Shown: positions 39,224 to 49,881 of the stretch, piece after piece
Numbering within the stretch: position 1 is the stretch's first letter
Layout of the letters: each line of letters opens with the position of its first letter
Origin: Verrucomicrobiia bacterium
Lineage (GTDB): Bacteria; Verrucomicrobiota; Verrucomicrobiia; Limisphaerales; UBA1319
NCBI GenBank assembly: GCA_963664225.1
Contig: OY760937.1
Coordinates: 3,584,001-3,648,000 of the forward strand
DNA length: 64,000 nt
Direction of reading: 5' to 3'
Made by a program: the position numbers and the translations under genes
The notes under the pieces: model-generated
The model's database searches: none
What the model saw: only the letters and a program-made list of their open reading frames with translations
What the model was told of the DNA's origin: nothing

Positions 39224-40096
39224 ATGCAGACGTTGATAGCCAAGGCGGACACCCTCCTCGAGGCGCTTCCCTACATCCAGCGATTTCGGAATCAGGTTTT
39301 TGCCGTCAAATACGGCGGCAGCTTCATGGATTCCCCGGACCCGGCGGTGCGGGACGGCGTGGCGCGGGACGTCGTGTTTTTGGAGGCCGTGGGCATCAAT
39401 CCCGTGGTCATCCACGGCGGAGGCAAGGCCATTACCCGTGCCATGGCTGAGGCCGGGATCAAGGCCCAGTTCATTCAGGGAATGCGCCTGACGGATGAGA
39501 AAACCGTGGAAGTGGTGGAGCGGGTTTTATCTCGCGAAATCAATCCCCAGGTGGTTGCTGCAATCAACGCCTTTGGCGGCAAGGCCCGCGGCTTCAGCGG
39601 CACCGAAATATTTCGCTGCCGTCGTGTCGGGGCGCAGACTCCGACCGGGCCTGTGGATGTGGGATTTGTCGGCGAGGTGATCTCCGTGAATGTTAAGCCC
39701 CTCCTGGACTGCATTCAGCAGAACATCACGCCGGTAATCAGCCCCACCGCCATTGGCGAGGACGGCCATGTTTATAATTGCAATGCGGATGTGGCGGCGG
39801 CGCAGACGGCCATTGCATTGAAGGCCCGGCGGCTGGTGTTCATGAGCGATGTGCCCGGCCTGATGCGCAATCCCAAGGATCCCTCCACGGTCATAGCGCA
39901 CTTGCAGACCGATGAGGTGCCGGCATTGAAGGCGGCGGGCATTGTGGATGCCGGGATGATTCCCAAGGTGGACAGCGCCGTGGCGGCGGTGCGCGCCGGT
40001 GTGAGCAAGGTCTCGATGGTTGATGGCCGGGTGGCGCACGCGGTGATGCTGGAGATTTTCACGGATGCCGGATTGGGCACGGAGGTGGTTTTATGA
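39224..40096 (+). CDS. argB: Acetylglutamate kinase
   Basis: EALPYI, VKYGGS, HGGG, NAD, GMIPK. Confidence 0.96.
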   Translation: MQTLIAKADTLLEALPYIQRFRNQVFAVKYGGSFMDSPDPAVRDGVARDVVFLEAVGINPVVIHGGGKAITRAMAEAGIKAQFIQGMRLTDEKTVEVVERVLSREINPQVVAAINAFGGKARGFSGTEIFRCRRVGAQTPTGPVDVGFVGEVISVNVKPLLDCIQQNITPVISPTAIGEDGHVYNCNADVAAAQTAIALKARRLVFMSDVPGLMRNPKDPSTVIAHLQTDEVPALKAAGIVDAGMIPKVDSAVAAVRAGVSKVSMVDGRVAHAVMLEIFTDAGLGTEVVL

Positions 40097-41379
40097 AAGA
40101 AATCGTACCGTCGGAGCCGACGCCCATTGTGCATAATGCGGCGGCGGCCATTCAAAGCCTGTTCAAAGAGAACGTCATTCCCTCGTATGGGCGTTTTGAC
40201 CTGGTGCTGACCCGCGGGCAGGGCAGCTATGTATGGGACGTGGCGGGCAAACGCTATCTGGACATGGGTTCCGGCATCGCGGTGTGCTGCCTGGGGCACG
40301 CGCATCCGGCCATCGCGCAGGCGCTGTGGGATCAGGCCCAGAAACTGGTGCATGTCTCCAACCTCTATTACACGGAGCCCCAGGGGCGGCTGGCGCGCGA
40401 GCTGGTCAAAAGAATCGGTCCGGGCAAATGCTTCTTTGGCAACAGCGGCGCGGAGGCCAACGAAGGGTTGTTCAAACTGGCGCGACGGTTCGGCCATGAC
40501 GAAGGGCGCTTTGAGATTCTCACCGCGTTGAATTCCTTTCACGGACGGACCATGGCGGGCATTGCGGCCACAGGCCAGGACAAGGTCAAGAAAGGCTTCG
40601 AGCCGATCATGCCCGGATTCCGGCATGTGCCCTATAACGATCTGGAGGCGATGCGGCGGGCGATCAGCCCGGCCACCGTTGCGATCATGATCGAAGGCGT
40701 GCAGGGCGAGGGCGGCATCACGCCCGCCACCCCGGAATACCTGCTGGGCCTGCGGCAATTGTGCGACGAGAAAAAGCTGCTCCTGTTCATGGATTGCGTG
40801 CAATGCGGGCATTTCCGCACGGGCCGGTTCCAGAGTTTTCAACGCATCCTGGAAGGCGTGCCGGGCGGGGAATCGTTTTTGCCGGACGGCGTCAGCATGG
40901 CCAAATCGCTGGGCGGCGGTGTGCCCATGGGGGCCTTCTGGGTGCGAAAGCCGTATGCGGATCTGCTTGGGCCGGGCACCCACGCGAGCACGTTTGGCGG
41001 CACACCGCTGGCGTGCGCCGTGGCCCTGCGGATTCTCGAGGTCATCGAGAAGGAGAATCTGATCGAGAACGCCCGGACCACGGGCGCTTATCTGCAGGAT
41101 GAACTGCGGCAGTTGGTTCAGAAATATCCTGAAGTGATCAAGACCGTGCGCGGACTCGGTTTCATGACCGGGTTCGAGCTGGCCGCAAATGTTCCCGGCC
41201 TGTCGGGGACTCCCAAAACACCTGCGGCGCGGTTTGTCGATCTGCTCCACCAGGCCGGAATGCTGGCCATACCCGCCGGCACACAGGTCGTGCGCCTGTT
41301 GCCCCCGCTGAACCTGAGCCGGACCGAGGCGAAGGAATGCGTGACCATCGTCGAATCGGTCATCGAAAAAGTAATGTAA
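40093..41379 (+). CDS. argD: Acetylornithine aminotransferase
   Basis: NSGAEANE, FHGRT, QGEGG, AKSLGGG, HASTFGGTP; operon context. Confidence 0.92.
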   Translation: MKEIVPSEPTPIVHNAAAAIQSLFKENVIPSYGRFDLVLTRGQGSYVWDVAGKRYLDMGSGIAVCCLGHAHPAIAQALWDQAQKLVHVSNLYYTEPQGRLARELVKRIGPGKCFFGNSGAEANEGLFKLARRFGHDEGRFEILTALNSFHGRTMAGIAATGQDKVKKGFEPIMPGFRHVPYNDLEAMRRAISPATVAIMIEGVQGEGGITPATPEYLLGLRQLCDEKKLLLFMDCVQCGHFRTGRFQSFQRILEGVPGGESFLPDGVSMAKSLGGGVPMGAFWVRKPYADLLGPGTHASTFGGTPLACAVALRILEVIEKENLIENARTTGAYLQDELRQLVQKYPEVIKTVRGLGFMTGFELAANVPGLSGTPKTPAARFVDLLHQAGMLAIPAGTQVVRLLPPLNLSRTEAKECVTIVESVIEKVM

Positions 41380-42278
41380 TGAAACATCTGTTGAGCCTGG
41401 AAAAAATGGACGTTCGGGACATGAATGACATCGTGTCCTCGACGGCGTCGATCAAACATGACCGCGGGCGCGGGATGAAACGCCCGCTGGAGGGTCGCAC
41501 GTGGGCCATGATTTTCTCCAAGGCCTCCACGCGCACTCGCGTCTCCTTCGAGGTCGGCATTCGCGAACTGGGCGGCCAGGTGATTTTCCTCAACGCGGGG
41601 GAAATCCAGCTCGGCCGCGGCGAGCCAATCAAGGACACCGCGCGGGTTTTGGGCCGCATGACCCATGGCGCGGTGATCCGCACCTATGCGCAAAACGATG
41701 TGGAGGAATTTGCAAAATACTCCGGCATTCCGACCATCAACGCCCTGACCGATGACGAGCATCCCTGCCAGATTCTGGCGGACATCTTCACGTTTCAGGA
41801 GAAGCGCGGTTCCATTGCCGGCAAGTCCGTTGCCTTCATTGGGGACGGCGCTTGCAATGTGCCGATTTCCTGGATGTTTGCCGCCGCGAAACTCGGATTC
41901 GAGTTGCGCATTGGCGCGCCCAAGGCTTACCAGCCCTCGGCGGAATTGCTCAAGCGGGCCGGTGGACGCATCACCTGCCATGAAGACCCGCGCAAGGCCG
42001 TGGAAGGCGTGGACTTGATCTATACCGATGTGTGGGTGTCCATGGGCAAGGAAGCCGAGGCCGCCGAGCGCATTCGCCAGTTGGGGCCTTACCAGATCAA
42101 TGCGGACCTGGTGAAACAGGCCCGGCCCGGCGCGCTGGTGATGCATTGCCTGCCCGCCTATCGCGGCAAGGAAATCGACGAAGCCACCTTCGAAGCCAAC
42201 GCTGAGACGATTTTTGACGAGGCCGAAAACCGGTTGCACGTTCAAAAATCCATTCTGAGCTGGATCGTGAAGTCCTGA
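41379..42278 (+). CDS. argF: Ornithine carbamoyltransferase
   Basis: STRTRVSFE, HPCQ, DVWVSMG, HCLP, AENR. Confidence 0.96.
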   Translation: MKHLLSLEKMDVRDMNDIVSSTASIKHDRGRGMKRPLEGRTWAMIFSKASTRTRVSFEVGIRELGGQVIFLNAGEIQLGRGEPIKDTARVLGRMTHGAVIRTYAQNDVEEFAKYSGIPTINALTDDEHPCQILADIFTFQEKRGSIAGKSVAFIGDGACNVPISWMFAAAKLGFELRIGAPKAYQPSAELLKRAGGRITCHEDPRKAVEGVDLIYTDVWVSMGKEAEAAERIRQLGPYQINADLVKQARPGALVMHCLPAYRGKEIDEATFEANAETIFDEAENRLHVQKSILSWIVKS

Positions 42279-42371
42279 AAATGGCGTGGTGGTTGCAACC
42301 GTTTGTAGACCGGGTCCCCTGACCCGGCGTCCGGTTCATTGTAAATCCGTTGCCATCGGCCACATGCAAAG

Positions 42372-42400
42372 GAAGGGCGTGCAGTCCTCTGCGCGCCGCG
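42372..42400. repeat. GTAG-type REP (second copy ~49700-49728)
   Basis: AGGGCGTGCAGTCCTCTGCGCGCCGCGA is identical at both sites; the 49.7 kb copy begins GTAG. Confidence 0.7.
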
Positions 42401-42414
42401 ATGTTTCAGAATAA

Positions 42415-42792
42415 ATGCAACCCGATTGGAAACTTTTGCTGGGCCTGGCCCAGGAGGAAGTCAGGGCCACGCTGCACAAGCTCCCGCTTCGTCTGCGTGA
42501 AGAGGCGCGCCGATTGCCCGTGAGCTACGAGCGCCGCCCCAACCGCGCCCTGATCGCCGATGGCATTGAGCCGGACACCCTCGGTTTATTTGTCGGGCCC
42601 GGCTTTGACGAGGAGGAAAGCAGCGTCGATCCATTGCCGCCCCAGATTTTGTTGTTTTTGGAGAATATCTGGGATGCTTCGAAGGGGGATCGCGCGATAT
42701 GCCGGAAGGAAATTCGTGCCACGTATCTTCACGAACTGGGGCATTACCTGGGACTGGACGAGGACGACCTGGACGAGCGGGGTTTGTCCTGA
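42415..42792 (+). CDS. Zincin-like minimal metallopeptidase
   Basis: TLGLF.G, HELGHYLG (HExxH). Confidence 0.82.
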   Translation: MQPDWKLLLGLAQEEVRATLHKLPLRLREEARRLPVSYERRPNRALIADGIEPDTLGLFVGPGFDEEESSVDPLPPQILLFLENIWDASKGDRAICRKEIRATYLHELGHYLGLDEDDLDERGLS

Positions 42793-42861
42793 TTTAAATT
42801 ATGGCTGCCCGATGCCTTTTTTGCGTGCGACGCGGGTTTTCCGGGGTTAACAATTAAGGAC

Positions 42862-44010
42862 ATGAGCAACGTTCGCTTCGGCATCATCGGAATGGGGAAC
42901 ATGGGGCGATTCCACGCGGCCTATTTGAAGGACCGCGCGGTGCCCCGGGCCGAACTGACGGCGGTGAGCGACGCGTTTGCCGCAAACCTCGAACCTTACC
43001 GCGATTTGAAGACGTTCGAGAAGGGCGAGGATCTCATCCACTCGGGCGCCTGCGACGCGGTGATCATTGCCACCCCGCATTTCCTGCACACCACGCTGGG
43101 CATCGAGGCGCTGCAAGCCGGTTTGCATGTCCTCGTCGAAAAACCCATCTCGGTGCACAAGGCCGATTGCGAGCGGTTGCTGGCGGCGCATACGAATCCG
43201 AAGCAGGTCTTTGCCGCGATGTTTCAAATGCGCACCGATCCACGGTTCGCGAAGATCAAACACCTGATCGACAGCGGCGAACTGGGCGAACTGGTGCGCG
43301 TGGGATGGACGATCACCGATTGGTTTCGCACGGAGGCTTATTTTGCCAGCGGCGGATGGCGGGCGACATGGAAGGGCGAAGGCGGCGGGGTCCTGCTCAA
43401 CCAGTGCCCGCATAATCTGGATCTCCTGCAATGGCTCTGCGGTCGGCCTTCGCGCGTGCGCGGGTTCTGCCAGTTGGGCCGCTATCACGACATCGAGGTG
43501 GAGGACAACGTGACCGCCTACATGGAATTTCCCAATGGCGCCACAGGCACTTTTGTGACCTCCACCGGCGAAGCGCCCGGCACGAACCGTCTCGAGATCG
43601 CCGGAGAGCGCGGCAGGGTGGTTCTGGAAAATGGACGCATCACTTTCACGCGCAATGAAGTGTCGATGCGGGAGTTTTCCCGCACCGCCAAAGGCGGCTT
43701 CTCGAAGCCCGATGTGTGGAATGTGGAGATTCCGTTCGACGCCTCGGGCGCAAAGCATCACACCATCACGCAGAATTTTGTCGAAGCGATTCTCGACCAC
43801 GCGCCGCTCATCGCACCCGCCACCGAGGGGCTTTACTCGGTGGAATTGGCCAACGCGATCCTGTATTCTTCCCTGATGAAGCAGACGATTGAATTGCCAC
43901 TCGATGGCGAAGCCTACCAGCGGAAACTGGAGCAGTTGATCGCCGAATCCAAGTTCGAGAAAAAGCCGGTTCGGGCGGCGGTCGATGATTTTACCAAGTC
44001 TTTTCACTAA
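42862..44010 (+). CDS. Gfo/Idh/MocA oxidoreductase
   Basis: GIIGMGNMG, IATPH, VEKP, GGGVLLNQCPHNLD. Confidence 0.9.
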   Translation: MSNVRFGIIGMGNMGRFHAAYLKDRAVPRAELTAVSDAFAANLEPYRDLKTFEKGEDLIHSGACDAVIIATPHFLHTTLGIEALQAGLHVLVEKPISVHKADCERLLAAHTNPKQVFAAMFQMRTDPRFAKIKHLIDSGELGELVRVGWTITDWFRTEAYFASGGWRATWKGEGGGVLLNQCPHNLDLLQWLCGRPSRVRGFCQLGRYHDIEVEDNVTAYMEFPNGATGTFVTSTGEAPGTNRLEIAGERGRVVLENGRITFTRNEVSMREFSRTAKGGFSKPDVWNVEIPFDASGAKHHTITQNFVEAILDHAPLIAPATEGLYSVELANAILYSSLMKQTIELPLDGEAYQRKLEQLIAESKFEKKPVRAAVDDFTKSFH

Positions 44011-44021
44011 CAAACACTCCC

Positions 44022-44918
44022 ATGTATTTAACCGGAATTGCTGACGAAGCGGGAGTCTCGCTCGAGACCCAGATTCGCGCCACCAGGACTCTTGGATGGT
44101 CGTGCATTGAAGCCCGCCAGGTGGGGCTGCCCGGTTTTGACGCCGCCAACATTCACGATCTGCCGGACGCGGCGTTCGAGCGCGTGGTGGAGCAACTCGC
44201 CCAGGCCGGTGTGCGCGTGGATTGCTTCGCCTCCGCGATCGGGAACTGGGGCAAGAAAATCGATCAGCCCTTCGATACTTCGCTGGCCGAAGCCCGGCGG
44301 GCCATTCCCCGCATGCGGCGCTTGGGCACACGCCTCGTGCGCGTGATGAGCTTTGCCATTCGCGAGCATGACGATCAAATGGAGGAGGAACGTTTTCGCC
44401 GAATGCGTGAGATCACCCGCATGTTCCTGGGGGAAGGCATCCAGCCCGTGCATGAAAACTGCATGAACTATGGCGGCATGGCCTGGCCGTTCATGCTCAA
44501 GCTCCTCGAAAACACCCCGGGATTGAAAGTCGTTTTCGACACGGGCAACCCGGTGTTCAATCCAGACCGCACGAAGCCCAAGCCGTGGCCACGCCAGGAC
44601 GCGTGGGAGTTTTACAGCCATGTGAAGGAATTCATCGCGCATGTGCACGTCAAGGACGGCATCTGGAATCCGACGCGTAATGACGTGGACTACACCTACC
44701 CCGGCGAAGGTCAGGGCCAGGTAAAACGGATTTTGGAGGATTTGCTGGCGGGCGGTTACAACGCGGGCATTTCCATCGAGCCGCATCTGGCGAAGGTGTT
44801 TCACGATGCCAAATCCGAAGCCTCCGCCGAAAAGCAATTCGACACCTACATCGAGTATGGTCGGCGGCTGATGAAGCTCCTGGCGGAGATTCGCGCGGGG
44901 ATCAAACAGGACCACTGA
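44022..44918 (+). CDS. Sugar phosphate isomerase/epimerase (TIM barrel)
   Basis: HEN, FDTGN, HVHVKD, ISIEPHL. Confidence 0.85.
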   Translation: MYLTGIADEAGVSLETQIRATRTLGWSCIEARQVGLPGFDAANIHDLPDAAFERVVEQLAQAGVRVDCFASAIGNWGKKIDQPFDTSLAEARRAIPRMRRLGTRLVRVMSFAIREHDDQMEEERFRRMREITRMFLGEGIQPVHENCMNYGGMAWPFMLKLLENTPGLKVVFDTGNPVFNPDRTKPKPWPRQDAWEFYSHVKEFIAHVHVKDGIWNPTRNDVDYTYPGEGQGQVKRILEDLLAGGYNAGISIEPHLAKVFHDAKSEASAEKQFDTYIEYGRRLMKLLAEIRAGIKQDH

Positions 44919-44957
44919 CCGGTGCGTGCCGAGTGAAGTCGTCCGCAGATTGCATCC

Positions 44958-45872
44958 ATGTATTTTCTAAAACGCCTGATCACGCTGGTGCCAGTGCTGC
45001 TGGTCATCAGTTTTCTGGCGTTTCTTCTGGTCCGGCTCGCGCCGGGCGGGCCCTTCGACAAGGAGCGCAAACCCGCATCCCCTGAGGTCGAAAAACGGCT
45101 TCAAGCCAAATACCACCTCGACGAACCGATTCTCGTTCAATACGGACGCTTCCTGGGCGGACTGGCGCGCGGGGATTTGGGGCCGTCGCTGAAGTTCCGC
45201 AATCACACCGTCACCGACATCATCCTCCAGGGATTGCCCGTGTCGTTGACGTTGGGATTGATGTCATTCTGTTTTGCCATGGGGCTGGGATTGCCGTTGG
45301 GCTTTTACGCGGCCATCCGGCGTGGAGGCTGGCAGGACCATGCGTCGAGTTTCGCCGCGATGCTGGCCGTGTGCATCCCGGGATTTGTGATGGGCCCCTT
45401 TCTGGTCATGGTGTTTGCGGTGCATTTGGGCTGGTTTCCGGTGGCCCTGTGGGAAACCCCCATGCACGCCGTGCTGCCCGTGATCGCCCTGGGCATTTAT
45501 TTTGCGGGCAAGATCGCGCGGCTGACGCGCGAGGGCATGACGGGCGTCCTGCAGGAGCCGTTCATCACCACGGCGCGGGCCAAGGGTTTGAGCGATTGGG
45601 CCGTCTATTGGCGGCATGCCTTTCGCCTGGGGGTGTTGCCGGTGGTTTCCTATTCGGGACCGTTGCTGGCGGATTTGCTGACGGGTTCGTTTGTGGTGGA
45701 AAACATTTTTCAAATCCCGGGCATTGGCGTGTTCATGGTGAACAGCTCGTTGAATCGCGATTACCCGATGGTGGTCGGTTTGGTGATGGTCTATGCGGTG
45801 TTGTTGGTGGGCCTGAATCTGGTGGTGGACGTCGTCTATGCGGCGTTGGATCCCCGGGTTCGTTACTCATGA
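44958..45872 (+). CDS. oppB: Oligopeptide ABC transporter permease
   Basis: APGGPF, DLGPS, TARAKGL (EAA loop), GSFVVENIF.IPG.G, RDYP. Confidence 0.9.
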   Translation: MYFLKRLITLVPVLLVISFLAFLLVRLAPGGPFDKERKPASPEVEKRLQAKYHLDEPILVQYGRFLGGLARGDLGPSLKFRNHTVTDIILQGLPVSLTLGLMSFCFAMGLGLPLGFYAAIRRGGWQDHASSFAAMLAVCIPGFVMGPFLVMVFAVHLGWFPVALWETPMHAVLPVIALGIYFAGKIARLTREGMTGVLQEPFITTARAKGLSDWAVYWRHAFRLGVLPVVSYSGPLLADLLTGSFVVENIFQIPGIGVFMVNSSLNRDYPMVVGLVMVYAVLLVGLNLVVDVVYAALDPRVRYS

Positions 45873-45909
45873 TCTTCTCAATGCAAATTCAATCCAGGCG
45901 GGGCGCGGC

Positions 45910-46806
45910 ATGAGTGATGCCAGCGCCTGGGGAAGATTTTTGCGGCAGCGTGTGGCGGTGGCCAGCGTCTGCTATCTGGTCGTTGTCATTCTATGGGTGC
46001 TGGCGGGGCCGTTCTGGAACACCTACGGCCCCGATCAACTTTCCGACGCGCAATTCCAGCCCCCCAGCGCGCAGCACTGGTTTGGAACCGATGTGCACGG
46101 GCGGGACTTGCTGGCGCGTGTGATTCACGGCGCGCGCATTTCGCTGCTGGTTGGCGTGGTAGGCGCGGGGGTGAGTTTGGTGATCGGGGTTTCATGGGGT
46201 GCCACGGCGGGTTATAAGGGAGGACGTCTGGACGGGGCGATGATGCGCTTTGTGGACATACTCTATTCGATGCCCTCGATTATTTTCGTAATCGTGTTGA
46301 TCACGGCGCTCGAACAACTCGTTCGCCACGGTCTGGCATGGATGATTCCCGCCAGTGGTGGCGGTCTCGCTCGGCTGCTGCTGTTGTTTGCGGGGCTGGG
46401 GGCCGTGTCGTGGCTCACGATGGCGCGGATCGTGCGCGGGCAGGTGCTATCCCTGCGTTCGCGGGGATTTGTCGAGGCCAGTCGCGCCATGGGGGCGGGC
46501 CACGCGCATATCATCTGGTATCACATTCTGCCGCAAATCACCGGCATCGTGATCGTGTATCTGACGCTTACGGTGCCCTCGGTGATCCTGAGCGAATCAT
46601 TCTTGAGCTACCTCGGGTTGGGCATTCAACCGCCGCAGGCCAGTCTGGGCTCGCTCATTGCCGATGGTGCGGGTCAGATCAACCCCATTCGCATCTATTG
46701 GTGGCTGCTGGTGTTTCCGGGCGGGTTCCTGGTGAGCACGCTCCTGGCGCTTAATTTTTTCGGGGACGGCCTGCGCGACGCGCTCGATCCCAAGAGCGGA
46801 GTCTGA
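45910..46806 (+). CDS. oppC: Oligopeptide ABC transporter permease
   Basis: HWFGTD..GRD, ARIVRGQ, FVEA, ESFLSYLGLG, GDGLRDALDP. Confidence 0.9.
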   Translation: MSDASAWGRFLRQRVAVASVCYLVVVILWVLAGPFWNTYGPDQLSDAQFQPPSAQHWFGTDVHGRDLLARVIHGARISLLVGVVGAGVSLVIGVSWGATAGYKGGRLDGAMMRFVDILYSMPSIIFVIVLITALEQLVRHGLAWMIPASGGGLARLLLLFAGLGAVSWLTMARIVRGQVLSLRSRGFVEASRAMGAGHAHIIWYHILPQITGIVIVYLTLTVPSVILSESFLSYLGLGIQPPQASLGSLIADGAGQINPIRIYWWLLVFPGGFLVSTLLALNFFGDGLRDALDPKSGV

Positions 46807-47035
46807 GCTCGGAGGCGGGGTGTATGTCAAAAGTCTGCGCAAGCCGGGAAACCCTTAAACCGACATGGAAGCATATAGGCCGGACTGACTCGCGCAACCG
46901 AATGACTACAGGCAGCCGAAAGAACCAATCGCGCGACTTTATTCTCTCGCCCCGCGAGGCACGAGTGGGGAGAGAGCTAGAGAGAGGGGGGGCCAAAAAG
47001 AAGTCTGTCTTGCACCCCGGCGGCTGGCGGCGTTC

Positions 47036-49540
47036 ATGCCTGAATTTATGACGGTTCCCGCCAAATCCACTAGTCCCGATAAACCCATCGTCAGCGTGCC
47101 AGTGCGCAAGCTCGTGGATTACGTGCTGCGCACCGGCGGTCTGGGAGGGGAGGGCGGGTTCAGCAGCCTGGATCGCGCCCGTGCGGGCATGCGCGGCCAG
47201 AAGCAATTGCAGGACGCGCGTCCCGCCGGTTATCAAACCGAGGTTCCGGTGGCCTGTGAAGTCGAGTGCCGTGATTTCATTTTGCGCGTGCAGGGGCGCA
47301 TCGATGGTTTTCTGCGCACGGAAACCTTCGTTCACATCGAGGAAATTAAAACCGTGATGAGCTTCGATGCCTCGGGTCCCGACCCGCTGCATCAGGCGCA
47401 GTTGAAAATGTATGCCGCCCTGTGGGCGCGTCAGGAGCCGGGCGTGCGCATCGAAACGGTCCTCACCTATCTGAACCTCGAGACAAACGAGGTGCGCGAT
47501 TACGCCGAGACTCCGGCCCTGGACGCCCTCGCCACTTTCTTCGAAGAGGTCACTTCAGCCTACGCGCAATGGGCGGAGGAGTTGCAGAACTGGCGCACCT
47601 TGCGCGATCATTCTTTGCAAGCGCTGGCGTTCCCGTATCCCGCCTACCGCGCCGGCCAGCGGGAATTCGCGGTCGCGGCCTACCGGACACTCGTGCGCGG
47701 CGGACGTTTATTCGCCGAAGCGCCCACGGGCATTGGCAAGACCATTTCCGTTTTGTTCCCCGCGCTCAAGGCCCTGGGCGAGGGTCGGTTTGTGCGGCTG
47801 TTTTATCTGACCGCCAAAACCATCGGGCGTGTGGTTGCCGAAAAAGCCCTGTCCGATCTTCGCGACGCCGGGGCGCGCTTGCGCAGTGTCACGCTGACCG
47901 CGAAGGAGAAAATCTGTTTCAATTCCGGCGCGCCGTGCGACCTGAACACCTGTCCCTACGCCATTGGCTACTACGACCGTCTCAAACCCGCCCTGGGCGA
48001 GGTCCTCAGCGTGGGCGCGCTCACGCGTGCGGCCATCGAGGACACGGCGCGCCGACATCAGGTCTGCCCGTTCGAACTGTCGCTGGACGCCGCGCTCTGG
48101 GTCGATGTCATCGTCTGCGATTACAATTACGTGTTCGATCCCTCCGCCTATCTCAAACGATTCTTTGCCGAGGACGTTGAGGACTGCGCCTTTTTGATCG
48201 ATGAGGCCCACAACTTGATCGATCGTGCCCGCGAAATGTTTTCGGCCTCACTCGACAAGGCATCCGTGCTCGAGATTAAAAAGGCGGTGAAGGATGCAGC
48301 CCCCGATTGTGCCAAGGCGCTCGGGCGGGTATCGCGCGCGATGAATCTGTTAATGCGCGAGGAGAAGGAGGACCAGACCCAGGATCAGGAAAAGGACCTG
48401 TTCACGCTCTCTGATGGCTCGGTGGAAGACCCGGAAGCGGCGCGCAGAAGTCCGGAACGGCCACGATTGGGGCGCGAGGAGGGGTTGCGCGCGGTCATGG
48501 AATTGCCGGAGGAACTTTTGTCGCCGTTGCGCCACTTTCTGACCGCCGCCGGAGCCTGGCTCATGCGCAACAAACCGGCCCCGTGGCGCGAGGCCCTGCT
48601 GACTTTGTATTTCGACGTGTCCGCATTTTTAAGGATTGCCGAAATGTATGGCGATGGCTACGCAACCCTCATTCGATCGGGCCGCAAAGACGCCGGGGTG
48701 CGTCTGTTTTGCATGGACCCCTCGGGGCCGCTGCGTCAGGTGCTGGAGCGCGCGCGGGCCGCGGTGTTCTTCTCAGCCACACTCGCGCCACTGGAATATT
48801 ACCGGGACTTGCTTGGCGGCGGGCCCAGGGACGAGGCGCGCACATGGCCCTCTCCATTTCCGCGCGATAACCTCCGTCTCCTGATCCAGGATCGTATTTC
48901 GACTTTGTACAAGGAGCGCGCCAATTCCGTCGATGAAGTCGCCCGGTCGATTGCCGCGCTGATCCAGCCGCATCGCGGCAATTACATGGTCTATTTCCCA
49001 TCCTACGAATACCTGAAGCAGGTGTGCGCGCGTTTCGAGGTGATTCAACCCTCGGAATGCCGGGTCATGACGCAAACATCGGGCATGAGCGAATCCGAAC
49101 GGGAGGCGTTCATGGCCGCGTTCGACGCGCCGCAGGCGGGGACTCTGCTGGGCTTCGCGGTCATGGGCGGCGTATTTGGTGAGGGGATCGATCTCACCGG
49201 TGACCGCCTGGTGGGCGCAATCATCGTGGGGGTGGGCATGCCGCAGCTTTGTTTGGAGCGGGATTTGATTCAGGACTATTTCCAAAAAACCAGGGGAACC
49301 GGGTTTGATTTTGCCTACACCTTTCCCGGGATGAACCGCGTGCTTCAGGCGGTGGGTCGCGTCATACGCGGTGAAACCGACCGGGGCGTGGTGATGCTGG
49401 TGGACACCCGCTTTGCTCAGGGGCGTTACCGGCGGCTCTTTCCCGCCTGGTGGCAGCCGCTTGCGGTCCGTGGCGACGAGGAAATCCTGTGTCAGGCCCG
49501 TCAATTCTGGGAGGGCGGTGACATGACAACAATACAATAG
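47036..49540 (+). CDS. PD-(D/E)XK nuclease fused to DinG/XPD-family Fe-S helicase
   Basis: N-terminal GRIDG..EEIKT..AQL..YA, APTGIGKT, four-Cys cluster, DEAHN, FSATL, EGID, QAVGRVIR. Confidence 0.88.
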   Translation: MPEFMTVPAKSTSPDKPIVSVPVRKLVDYVLRTGGLGGEGGFSSLDRARAGMRGQKQLQDARPAGYQTEVPVACEVECRDFILRVQGRIDGFLRTETFVHIEEIKTVMSFDASGPDPLHQAQLKMYAALWARQEPGVRIETVLTYLNLETNEVRDYAETPALDALATFFEEVTSAYAQWAEELQNWRTLRDHSLQALAFPYPAYRAGQREFAVAAYRTLVRGGRLFAEAPTGIGKTISVLFPALKALGEGRFVRLFYLTAKTIGRVVAEKALSDLRDAGARLRSVTLTAKEKICFNSGAPCDLNTCPYAIGYYDRLKPALGEVLSVGALTRAAIEDTARRHQVCPFELSLDAALWVDVIVCDYNYVFDPSAYLKRFFAEDVEDCAFLIDEAHNLIDRAREMFSASLDKASVLEIKKAVKDAAPDCAKALGRVSRAMNLLMREEKEDQTQDQEKDLFTLSDGSVEDPEAARRSPERPRLGREEGLRAVMELPEELLSPLRHFLTAAGAWLMRNKPAPWREALLTLYFDVSAFLRIAEMYGDGYATLIRSGRKDAGVRLFCMDPSGPLRQVLERARAAVFFSATLAPLEYYRDLLGGGPRDEARTWPSPFPRDNLRLLIQDRISTLYKERANSVDEVARSIAALIQPHRGNYMVYFPSYEYLKQVCARFEVIQPSECRVMTQTSGMSESEREAFMAAFDAPQAGTLLGFAVMGGVFGEGIDLTGDRLVGAIIVGVGMPQLCLERDLIQDYFQKTRGTGFDFAYTFPGMNRVLQAVGRVIRGETDRGVVMLVDTRFAQGRYRRLFPAWWQPLAVRGDEEILCQARQFWEGGDMTTIQ

Positions 49541-49785
49541 AAACCCGGATCCATCGCTGAACCTGTCATTTTGATTTTCCGTGGCAGGGTGTCGGGCAGG
49601 ACTCTTGTTCCTCGTAGCGGCGAACTGGTGTTCGCCGGTAATATCTGAGCGTTCATCGCAATCCCCAATCGGACTAAACCATGCATGCGGATTCAGTAGG
49701 TAGGGCGTGCAGTCCTCTGCGCGCCGCGAAAAGCAGCACCCCTGCCTGGGGATTTCGAACGATCCCCGCTTCGAATTCAACATGC

Positions 49786-49836
49786 AACCGCCGCTTCAAA
49801 CCGCAAAAAAAGGCAGGCTTTTCAGGCCTGGCTTTT
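49786..49836. repeat. Direct repeat copy 1 (contains terminator hairpin)
   Basis: AACCGCCGCTTCAAACCGCAAAAAAAGGCAGGCTTTTCAGGCCTGGCTTTT; copy 2 at 52581-52632. Confidence 0.88.
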
Positions 49837-49881
49837 GGCTTCGGTAAAATCCATTTCGCCTTTACGTTTTAATGAACCCGG

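Noticed and set aside
47036..47500. Cas4/CRISPR association
   Set aside because: No CRISPR array or other cas genes seen. The domain is fused to a housekeeping-type helicase.
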